NCBI GenBank assembly: GCA_030141605.1 | Contig: JAQGDQ010000034.1 | Coordinates: 930,001 to 994,000 of the forward strand | DNA from: Tubiluchus corallicola | Taxonomy: Eukaryota > Animalia > Priapulida | DNA length: 64,000 nt | Direction of reading: 5' to 3' | Shown here: positions 12,401 to 24,400 of the stretch, piece after piece | How positions within the stretch are numbered: the stretch's first letter is position 1 | How the letters are laid out: every line of letters starts with the position of its first letter | The notes under the pieces: generated by a model | What the model was told of the DNA's origin: nothing | The model's input: only the letters and a program-made list of their open reading frames with translations | Databases searched by the model: none | Made by a program: the position numbers and the translations under genes

Positions 12401-15400
12401 CTGGCTGCATGCTGTCCCACCGATAAACTTGTACACGCAGCACTGTTGAAACATCATTAAGCTCATCCGATACAGACATTACATGAATTGTACTTTGTGA
12501 ATCCGCGTTATCCCCATCTTCGTAAGGAGACAAAAATATCGGAGAGAAAAATTTTCCGGCATAATAATGCAGCATCTTCCATTTCCCTCCATATTCTGCA
12601 AAGCAAGTTTTATAATAATATGAAACCATAATGTTAGTTAAAGGAATTATTACGAATTGTAATTTCTATTGTTGTGCATGTATATAGTATGAAGGCAAAC
12701 AAGTAATTAACGCATGATCATGTGTCATTATTAGTTTTTAAAAGGATTAAATTCAAGAACCTAATTTATGAAATATGCTGCACAAAAATTATCTAAGCAT
12801 AGTCATGATTACGTAAAACCGTTGGTCTAAATAGTATTTGCCTAGATGTTGCTTGTCAACATGTTTAGTACATACAGTGAAGAAAGGACTAGATAAAATG
12901 ATTTGCAATGCCACTGACTAAGTAACAAAGAAACCATTTAAAGTCTGCTCTTTCAAAAACTGTATTACATTATTGCTACGTACCGAGTGATGACCAAGAT
13001 GCTCCCTGCCAAATGTCATTTAGTTGCCAGTAGAGGGCACCAGCAGTCTGACTAGTAGCATTTCTACCGCGGCGATAGAATTCCGTTTCTGTCTTTATCG
13101 CAACAGCTTGATCAATCTAAAAAAGAAGAAAAATAGTTTTTTGAAATCTAAAGTGCAAATATTTTAAATAGCGAATTGACAATGTGTGAGAGCTTTGGAG
13201 CTTGTAATTCATAAGCGTTACCTGAAATGCACCCTATTTACTTAAACAAGGTGTTAGCAAGACTAAAACTCACTCCTAGTTACTCAAGTAAAGTGCTACA
13301 GTGATCCAGGGATGACAATGACAAATTGCAAAAAACTCTGAAACAGACCGGGGGTTTGGGGGCCGCGTAGGTCCCCATGTGGGTTCAAGGAACACCTTAG
13401 AGCCAGCAACAAATTGCAATTTTGCGACCATAGAGAGCCTGTAAGTGGACCTAAAATATCAGTTACCTTGTTTCATGCATGATTTAAAATACCCAACTAT
13501 CAAGGACACGATACCTAATTGTCTCAAAAACGCCTAAGTACTGGCCGCTCCTATGCAAAAGTATATAAAAACTGTCTGCAATTGACTCAAATAACTCCGC
13601 ACAATTGATTGAATATTTTTATACATAGAGATATACACGTGGTTACACTGATGTACGTGATGTAAACAAAGTGACGGCCTGCCAATTAGCGGTCAGCTTG
13701 TGAAATAATGTACTGGGTCCGTAAAAATTTTCTCAACGAATTTACGCGATTTACAAAAATGACACTACTGGTCTTCCAAAAACTCGGAATTCCACATATC
13801 TGCAGAAAATTCTCATCCTTGCAGTGATCTGAACTGACTTATACATACCTAAATATGATGAATAGCATTTTTAATTCAATTCTAAAAGTGACAATATAAC
13901 ACAGTATGAATCACAACATGGCAAAATGCGTCGCAATATATCATAATACTGGAATCGCATTCAACACTCAATGCTATAAACTAGCAAAGAATTTACAAAT
14001 TGCAAATTAAGAATATGGCTAAAGTTTACAAATCCCCAAAGTGGATTAGGATTAAGGTTAGGATTAGGAATATGTTTAGGAGTAGCTGCGTATTTAAACT
14101 GTGTGATTCCCCACACACAAGAAATTAGTTCCTGAAGCGGATTAGGATTAGGGATAGGGTTGGGAATAGAGTTAGGGTATTTAAACTGCGTGGGGAATTG
14201 TTAACTCCTTCCACGAATTAGTCTTGCTAAGTTAAGCAATCTCAAGAGCCTAATTTGTGAATATACTACACAATGATTATCTAAGTACAGTCACATTAAG
14301 GTAAAATTTCTAGTGTGTACAGCAGTTATCTAGATGTCAAATGTCAATATGTTTAGTACATATAGTAAATATTGGATTAAACAAAATGATCTACAATGCC
14401 ACTCCACTAAATACCAGGAAAGTTCACTCTTTCAAAAATTCTGTTACGTCATGGCTAGGAATTTTCCAGGTTACCTGTGTGAGATAGAGCGTATCCTTGA
14501 ACACCTGAAGAGGTTCAGGTCGGCTTGCCGAATATGGTATGTCAAGATGACGAATTATCTGAAACAGCATTTCCAAGTTGCCTAGAGAAGTAAAAAAAAA
14601 CAGCTGAACACATCACAATAAATCTTCTAGAAAAGAAAAACACTCCCAGGACCTCAAATAGTGCTAACTGTTCTTCTTATTCAGCTAGTAGGATTTTTTA
14701 AACAGTTCCAGCAAATTGCAAGCCGAAATCCCGTATTAAACGAAATGACATACTTAAGACGATATTTGTGGATGACAGGCTCATTTTCCCTCGAGGACGA
14801 GCCACTGAACTAGCTGATGTGTCACAGCCATGTTCATACCTATATATATTTTCTTGCTTTCCAAGGTAAACAGCCAAAATCAGCACGGCACATGAAACCA
14901 TCCCGAGCGAGTAATGAAGGCGGTCACCCATCCATTCACTGAACCAGACTTGACATCGCTTAACTTCTGTCGGAGATTAGAAGTCATTATGAGTTTTGAA
15001 ACAGTGAATCAGCTAACGAATTTCATCATACCTTCATTTAACCTTACGTCAAGCAAAAAATAAATGAGAGCGCAAAAATTGCACACTTTGCAAAGACAAT
15101 GTCTTATTGGAATATATTAAAAATGAAGCACCTAAAATTACAACAAATTTTTATTAATGTAGTGCAAGATATGAGTATGGTAAAAAAATTAGGTAGCTAC
15201 AGTTACATTTACAAAAATGCTGAGAAAAGTTTTACTAGTAAATTAGTAAGTACTTAAAAGTACGAAAGAATTCTTTACTTACCTAAAGCTAAAAAATTCG
15301 TCTTGAAATTATCACGTACATACTGCCTTATTGTAAACATAGGCTGTATTAGTAGTAACGTTGTATAAAAGTTGTATATTTAAACTCCCGTGACGACCGT

Positions 15401-18400
15401 TAGGTGCAGTCATTTTCATGGTTCATCATTTGAAGCAGCTTTAGATAACACTGAGCAAAATTTGAAAAAATAATCACAGCATTTGTACTGCACACTTTAC
15501 TAACTTTGCAAAAGTGTAAATTACGGTATGTTGTCAAAAAGATTGAAAAATATATTTTTCGATGAATCAGTGGTGCACACTGGAATGGCGAACCAGTGAC
15601 GTTTTACCAGGTAATGCAAACGTTTCAAATTACTAAGCATTTTGTTCTCTAAATACATGAGTCTTTCAACAAGGTAAGCAGCATGCCAAGTAGTATATAA
15701 ATGACCTTGTATGGAAAGTTTTTTGAGACGTAATTTTTTCTAATTGCCTTTTTTCCTCTTTAATGCAAAACACATACAGCTTACCTAGCAGATGATGCTG
15801 TCGATGTTGCATGAATGAACTATAGTAAGACCAATCTTCTGCAATGGACACCTTTTCAAGCGTCTCAAACGATGGCCACGACTGAAAACCGTACTCGGAA
15901 ATAAATCTGGCGTTCGGATATATGTTCCAGTCCCAACCGTCTTGCAAATACTTGTAGATATGAACTAGAAACAGTTAATGAAAAAATTTAGCGAGTTGCT
16001 TAAAGGAAAGCACAAGTCATTTAGCATGCTGGGTTTGTTTTAATGTTATTACTTAAACAGAGAAAAACAATAACAAAGAAATATGTAAAAGTTGTCTATA
16101 AAGTATAATTTATATTACTGCTGAGTAAAAATTTTCAGGGGCAGTGGTAGCGGCCAGTTGCTTGAAAATTATGACGCAACTTGTGGACTTTTTACGACTT
16201 TTCGTACGTGCTTCGTGACTTTCCAGGGCTGTTTAAACTGATTTCAACTTTTGCAGCTCACTTAATCTTTATCCACAAATATCATAAAATTTTGTACCTA
16301 ATTATTTGTAAGAACTCATTGTACTTTTATTGGAAATTCATAGTGCCCCGCTCTTTCTTCAGCCAATAAACAACATCATTGGTGGAAGAATGAGGCATTC
16401 AAAATGCCAGCGCTCAACTCCGAGTGAAACGATTGGGACTATAGTGATTTTACTAATTACACGAGGCACTTATCACACTTTTATTACCAAATCCTTCTAA
16501 CATTTTTTTTCAATATATTGAACCAAGCCTAACTTCCCAGAAGGCAGGGTCTTCCTTTTAACGATGTACAGCAATTCAATAAATATAAATTTAGCCTTAT
16601 AAAATTAGTGTTTGATTTAAATATCTTAAATAGTGGTATAATGCGAAAGGGTTGTTGGAAGATTATTGTACGCACATATAGATGTAGATTGTAGAGACAA
16701 AAATGCTCAAACAGTTTAGGTTGTCTATTCAAGCAAATCGGCAAGTTTATTCTGTCTAATTTATGATTAAAAGCAGTGTTTCAACATGCGATCAACCATA
16801 AGATAACAGGAAGAATTACGTTGCTGACAATGGCAAAAAATGCCAAAAAGTTTAAATGAAAGCAAATTTATTTTATGGACGTAGGTCAACATACACATTC
16901 AACGTACTACAGAAATTTTATTAAAGTCTGTTAAACAGAAGGTGTGCAAAATAAAAAGAAGAATTGACCTTAGTTGATTTCTGTATTTCTAAGCCGTGTT
17001 AGTCCCAGTTTTTGTTTTATTTTCATATTCTGTACTAGAACATTATTTTATTCAAACATGAAATTGCAATTCAGCTTGTAGCTGCAACAGTTTAAACTAG
17101 AATGGAAGCACAAAGCCCGCCTCACTTGCTTATTTCTTGCAAAGTTAGTGGGTTCCATAAGAGAATGATGGGCAGTCACCACTGTATCTTTTTATATATG
17201 GCTTATTGTTATAAAGGTATCTTTTTTTTGTAAAAATTAAAAACAACGTATTGTTGGGGCAGATCCATTTATACATTACAATGAAAAAAGCCGCAACAAT
17301 GTATGGGGCAGATCCATTTCATAGGCATACAGCAAAAGTAAAAAATTAGGTTTTGTTATGGTACACACAATGGTTAGTAATATCTTCATGCAAAATTTCT
17401 TATGATGAAATGTCTCCTATGATGAAAGCAGTGAGTTGTGATATCTTTCAGAAATAACGTGACAACAACAATAACAGCAGCGTGATGAAGCTTTAGGGAC
17501 CATTCACTTCATGCCTGATCCAAAAACGTACCATCACCATAGTTGGGATCCCCGGGATTGGTGGCAACCCATCCTTCCTCCTCCGACTGTTTGCCATTCG
17601 ATGGACTAGATACGATAAAAGGACGACTATTGTCTTCATGAAGGACAGTTTCTCTGATAGTTCTTATGTACAGCGTGATGTAGTCGGATTTATACAAGTC
17701 AAACATGTGTTGTGTTCCATACCTACAGCAATAAACATGAGTAACTGCAGGCAATTTCAATCCTCCAAACAAGTTTCGTTCTTAGATTTTTTATTGGGGA
17801 ACTGCAAGTAAAACGTTCACAGGCACAATAAGAAAATTGTACAGTAGCAGTTTCATTTTTTTGCAAACACATTTATTAGGAATAAAAATTCGTTTATGCT
17901 GAACAAACATTATCCTTTTCAAAGACAAAAGTGAAAATATGGCTATTTTTTCAAAAGAATTGACTCTAATGTTTATTAACAGCTGGTAATTTATAAAAAA
18001 AAACTAAAGTACCAAAGTAACAAATCAAATCAAGCAGGCTCTAAGATTACTATGTGGTAGCTTTACCAATTTGTTGCCAATGCTAATTCATTCTCATTGT
18101 TTCCTGCCCATAGAAGAATAGACGGATGATGTTTCAATCTTCTGACCTTGAAAAGCAATGCAATTTAATGTAGTCAGCACAACATTTAATGTGACATAAG
18201 CTATTGCTGTGGTTAACCAAGTAAGCCAGCAACAAGGCCGCATAGTCACAGCCTATGAGAGGGGGTCCAGCAGGTATTCAGGAGCCGACATATTCCCCAA
18301 TCCGAAATATACTTATCACATACTTACCACACCACACTTACTTCGTTTTAATAGTAATTATTATTATTTATCGTAGGCCTAGTCGTATTGATATATGATA

Positions 18401-21400
18401 ACACAAAGAGCATCTACCTACAGCCTGGTAGATGTATAGATGCGTAAATTAGCGTAATTCATGTCATCAAACCATTTCGCTATGAAAAAACCTGAAGGTG
18501 ACAGGTGAATGTAACTATAAATACTGGTTTATGTTGCTACATTAATTGAACACTAGCAAACGCCTCCGCAAAAAATTTTGCGTATAAGTACACTTATAAT
18601 CAATAACACACGAACATCCTACATAGTGTTAGTTTGTTTATCTAATGTATTGCCAGCAGCAGCTTTTACTGAATTAAAGTTATAACGTTATAAACAGAGT
18701 ACAATGGATGACGTCAGAACAATGGCTTTGCGCCAGCAGTTTTCCAAGTGAAAATTGCCAAAAATGGAACATCTAATTGTCAGTCCTCTTGGTGGACCTG
18801 CCCTAAAATATAGCCCACACCATCGTGCAGCCCTGTTTTTCCTCTTTCTAAAGAGCTATATATCTCCTTCCAAGAATCACACTAAGCGCCGCTAGAACGT
18901 TTTTTCTACAGGCCATTTGGCCAAAATTTTGAAAAAATTGGGAGTTGGGTCCGGGAAAATGCCCGTAGCATGCATTAGTGGCGTTCCCGCGAAATCTAAA
19001 TATGGCCATTACCCCCACCGTTGAATGAGCTATTCAATCATTATCAGCACCACCAGCGGCCCATTCTAGATCTCTAGAAATAAGAGGTATAAGTTTTGCA
19101 AAAAATTTCTGCAAAATGGCCATTTTTAGAGGATTTTTGCCCCGTTCCTCCCGGTGGAGCTGATTCGAAAAATAAAACCCCAGGAGCGAACCCTTGGGTG
19201 GAGGCCCTTCGTTTGATGTATAGATCGTCGAAAATGGTGCCATCGTCGCAGCTGTAGCCTCATCGGTTATATATCTATACATATCTATACCACCAAAATT
19301 AATATATAGGATGTTTGTTACATTTTGTTATATCTGGTCATGGAAATAAAGCTTTTATGAGAGTTTACATGTAAATTTACTGGAGATCGAACCCTGAAAT
19401 TTGAAAAAAATATCTGTCTGCCTCGGAGCCCTAAACAGGTATTATAGTATAATTTCTGTTGGAGGTTCTGTGCACACTCATGACTGCAAGATTACACCTG
19501 TTTTTTTGCTGAAATGTAATTCCTCATTCCCACAATGGAATCGCATGGTTCAACTATGGAATCATCTTTCATCATCAGCCATCAGTGCTTCATCAGTTGA
19601 CAGTTTGAACAGGCATAGGAGAGAGGACTGTTTCAATGTCATTAAATTATCAATCATCAATCGTCGATAAGCTAATGAAAGAATCATTGTCAATTTCATG
19701 AGATAATCGTGAGTTTGTGATTACCTAGAATTCTCTTTCTGAAAGAATCAGGATGGTTAACTTTGCCTACAATCAATATCATTGCTAATTTTGCTTTTAG
19801 ACTATTGTGTAGTTTATTTTTGCATTATTTTAGTTTCAGCACTACATGATGCAGGTACGTATATGTTGAAATATTGTGTGAAGAAACAAGAAATTGTTTG
19901 TTGTTGCATTCACGATTTGTCGGAAAAACAAATAGTGTCAATATACAATATACTTGGGCACCATACGCTACACAGAATTCGGTTTGAGTATCGAAACTTT
20001 CAGAATTTACCCAAAATTGGATGACTCAAATATTTAGGCTAGAGAAAAAGTAGTAATATAGAGAAAACTTTAAAGCGTATGGCTGGGGTCATGGTTAAGT
20101 ACATATTCAAGCTCACTTTCAGTAACGACCTCGATTCTATACTTGATTTGTGTGGTTTCATTCATTATGTCAGGTTATTACCTCGTAACAGGATGTTTAT
20201 AGATTCAATTGTGGTTAAAATACATTGGCTGGTTCAGTGACTCATTACAGGGAAATCTTTGGTAATGAGCCAAGCTCCGGGCTCTCCACTAACATCTCAT
20301 TAAAGAAGTCCTGCCATTAAATGTCGGATTTCAGCTTGCAGTGTGTTGAGTTGTAGAAAAAAGTAACATAGTGAACAGCTTTAAAGTTTAAACCATATCA
20401 TGTGATTGCAAAGTAATTACAAGTTTATTGTTGCGCTTCACTAACTTGCAGGCTATTGAGAAATTTCACTTTAACACAAATTTGTTAATTTTGTTACAAT
20501 GAGTGCTTGTAGGCAAAATAGCCAAGGGATCTATTTGAGAGGGGTTCTTCCGCTTTGTAATGGTACATGTTTGTGCAGAGATCTTTTGTGGGCTTTGCGC
20601 ATTTTGAGTAAATTTATCAAGTGTTTCATGTTTCATGCTGCTTTGTAAATAAAGCATTTTCCATGGGGTGCTGGTAGATTTTTCTCACATAGTGAAATTA
20701 TCTGAATTAGCGAATATTACTGAAATAGTGAAATTGGTGAAAAACAGCCAACATCTTCAAATAGCTAAAAATAAAGCCACCCGAATATGTTACTTATTTA
20801 AATATTGAACACGGGTTTGTTGTGCACAAATAATGTTTGTAAAAAAGATCGTGCAATTTCACTAAGCAATAAGCCGCAGCTTAGCTGAAACAATAGATTG
20901 CTATCGTGTATGTAAAACAGAGTCTGTGTGTGCACTTGCCCGCTGTAATCTAACACAGTGGAGACTGGGTTCTGGTAAAGCTGAGCTTTGCTATGGCTAC
21001 CGGGTGACTTTTTTGTCTGCCATCTAGGGTCAAGTCAAAAAAGCATTGTAAATGTGTAAGTGCACTATTTGCAATCCAATAAAATTACTTCTTATCAGTT
21101 AGCTACTACCACTGCTATGTTTTTGTTCAAATATTCAGATAATTTAACTATTTGAGAAAAAACTGTCAGTACCCTTTGAAACATGAATCATTTACTGAAC
21201 CAAGCAGAAAAATCCGTGAGTACCCCATGAAACACGAATCATTTACTGCACCAAGCAGAAAAATCCGACAGTACCTCCATGAAACACAAATCATTTACTG
21301 CACCAAGTAGAAAATCTGTCAGTACCCCATGAAACACGAATCATTTACTGCACCAAGCAGAAAAATCTGTCAGTACCTCCATGAAACACGAATCATTTAC

Positions 21401-24400
21401 TGCACTAAGCAGAAAAATCCGTCAGTACCTCCATGAAACACGAATCATTTTTTGCACCAAGCAGAAAAATCCGTCAGCACCCCAACGAAACACGAATCAT
21501 TTACTGCATCAAGTAGAAAAATCCGTCAGTATCCTCATGAAACACGAATCATTTACTGCACCAAGCAGAAAAATCCGTCAGTACCCCATGAAACACGAAT
21601 CATTTACTGCACCAAGCAGAAAAATCCGTCAGTACCCACACAAAACATGAATCATTTACTACTAAACCAATTTATGTTTCATGGGGTACTGACAGATTTT
21701 TCTCAAACTGAAACAGCATAAAATACTTGATATCAGTTTATTCAAAAAGCACAAAGCCTAAAAAAGATCACTGCATAAATATGTGACTATTACAAAGCTG
21801 CCACAATCATTGATTACCTGCTGAGTAACTTCAGTCTTCACAGACTGCAAGAACTCTGGATTTGACGGATACATGGAGCACGCGAAGATAAAATCGTGCC
21901 ACAGGAAGATCCCCATTTCATCCGTCAAGTCATAGAAATCATCTTGTTCATAAACACCTAAATAAATTAATGAAAATTGAAAACCAAAAGTCGTAACAGT
22001 AATCATATCTAAGCTTGGGGGACAAAAACACTTTTCAGAAAACTTTATAGTTCAAGTTTTGATACACAGGAAATCATATCAAGATATTTATGAATTAAAA
22101 TTTAAGAGGTTATACTGCAACAATTACGCAAATATATAATTACCAATGTGAAGATAATTGCAGAACGTGCGGAGCTGGAGTCCTTTGCTGTTTTAATGTT
22201 CAAGTTTGAAAAGCATTTTAAATCATTTTACTTTGTCTACTCTTAGTCTGGGAAATTTTGGCAGTACGTCACAAAAAATTCAGCCCTGTTAGTTCTTTAG
22301 GGGATCCGATCCCATCAAATGAAGGAATTAGCAACTTCTTTAGAGCATAAAAGCCAAAAGCCATGAAGCAAATAACAGCAGACAATCTCACAATAAAAGA
22401 CCTCAAGCTCTTGAGAAGAATCACAGTCAAACTCAATGTTTTTGGCATTGTGTAAAAGATTTCAGTTGAGAAATGGTCTAAATGAAATGGAATGCATCCT
22501 GACCCCGACAAATTTAGCACTAGACTAATGGCTAGAAAACACACCTCCACCCCAGACACGTAGAATGTTCATGTGAGCGTCTTTGGCTGACTGTAGCAAG
22601 TTTTGCAAAACCGGTCGAGTGACCTTCTCTTGAAAACTGTCGGCAGGAATCCAATTTGAACCCTTCATGAAGACAGCTGCGCCGTTAATCCTGAACCAGA
22701 AATCCAGACCTGAAATAAAATGTTTGAACCAACGAGACGTTTGAATCAGAGAAAACCAAGTTGTAATAGAAAAGCCTGAATCAGCTTTTTCAACTACAGG
22801 CACCAACTCCAAGGATGAGAATGACAAATTGCAAAAAACTTTGAAACAAGCCGGGGGTTTGGGGGCTGCGTAGGCCCCAATGGGGGTTCAAGGGGCCAGC
22901 AACAAATTGCAATTCTGTGACCATAGACAGCCTCTAAGTGGACTTAAAATATCAGTTACCTTGTTTCATGCATAATTTAAAATACCCAACTATCAAGGAT
23001 ACATGATACCTAATTGTCTCAAAAATGCCTAAGTACTGGCCGCTCCTATGCAAAAGTATATAAAAACTGTCTGCAATTGATTCAAGTAACTCCACATAAT
23101 TGATTCTATATTTTTATACATAGAGATATACACGTGGTTACACTGATGTACGTGATGTAAACAAAGTGACGGCCTGCCAATTAGCGGTCAGCTTGTGAAA
23201 TAATGTACTAGGTCCGTAAAAATTTTCACAACAAATTTACGCGATTTACAAAAATGGCACGACTGGTCTTCCAAAAACTCGTAATTCCGCGTATCCGCGG
23301 AAAATTCTCATCCCTGCAACTCACAATATCGAGGTTGGCATGAAAGAGGGGCTTTCCTGCAGAATTCTTCTTGATTAGTTATCACTGTGTCAAGTGCCTC
23401 ACAACCACTGCCAACTTTAGCAAACACAAAGTCCTCGTTTCAAATCAGAGTTAAGAGCTTTTTTGTTGTGTTCCATTCAAACAATATTTTAAACAACACA
23501 AAGAATAGCAGTTTTCTTCAATGTTGTTTGCCCTCAGCTATCATGCCTGCAATTAACCATGTTAATGATTTAGTCTATGTGGTAATTATTTAATTAAAAT
23601 GCCAAACTACAAACATCCTATTTCAGTTCAATATCATAACATAACAATGTAAACTTCTTTATTAATATAGAGAAATTCTCTTTATTTGTAAGTTTAGTTT
23701 TCACGCCATCTTACCTTGCTGGCCTGGTATCTGGTCCTGTATCAGTTCGACTGTACGAAATCCAACTCGAATGATTCGCGAAGAAGCCTCCAATCCAGAA
23801 TCAGGTGAATAAAAAATCTGGACTTTGTACAGCGCCTGCTCTCCTAAACCATTTGGCCACCATAGTTTGACATCCACAGACTACACAAATATCTAATAAT
23901 ATTGTTAAATGTACTTGTAAAGCTGTTCTCAAAAATACAAAACAGAATCTCAAAAACTTTACAGCTATTTTCAAAAGGTCTAAAGATTTACGACTGTTAG
24001 CACTTTTTTTATCTTACAGTGTAGCGTGTATGTTTTAATTGGCATGTTTTAATTAGCAATTCTAAAACGGATCTCCACATAATATATATATATATATATA
24101 TATCCACATAACAAAGTATACAGCTCATCAAAAACACTTTAACCTCTTTTAAATAATTAATTAATTAATTAATTTTAATTAAATAATAAACCCTGCTGCA
24201 ATACTACTGCAAAAAATCATATCGTGTCCATAAATAAAAAACACAAAGCAGCTAACTTTTACATAGGTGCCTAAACAAATTTTAAGAGAATAATTTCCCA
24301 GAAAATCTCAGGGTTATCCGAGGCTTGTAAGCAACTACACCAATATTTAAAAATTTAATTCCGCGAGTGAATTTTGCTGGAATCATCTAACGCGTAAAAC

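Noticed and set aside
13028-13041. Perfect CTCF core CCAGTAGAGGGCAC
   Set aside because: It is the reverse complement of the conserved GALYW codons of MANBA; coding constraint explains it.
14915-14985. Functional 5S rRNA gene
   Set aside because: Only the internal control region is similar; 5S ends are missing.
21160-21721. CRISPR array or repeat-protein ORFs (21381-21650, 21452-21721)
   Set aside because: No spacers; the ORFs are just the 51-bp unit read in frame, inside a MANBA intron on the opposite strand.
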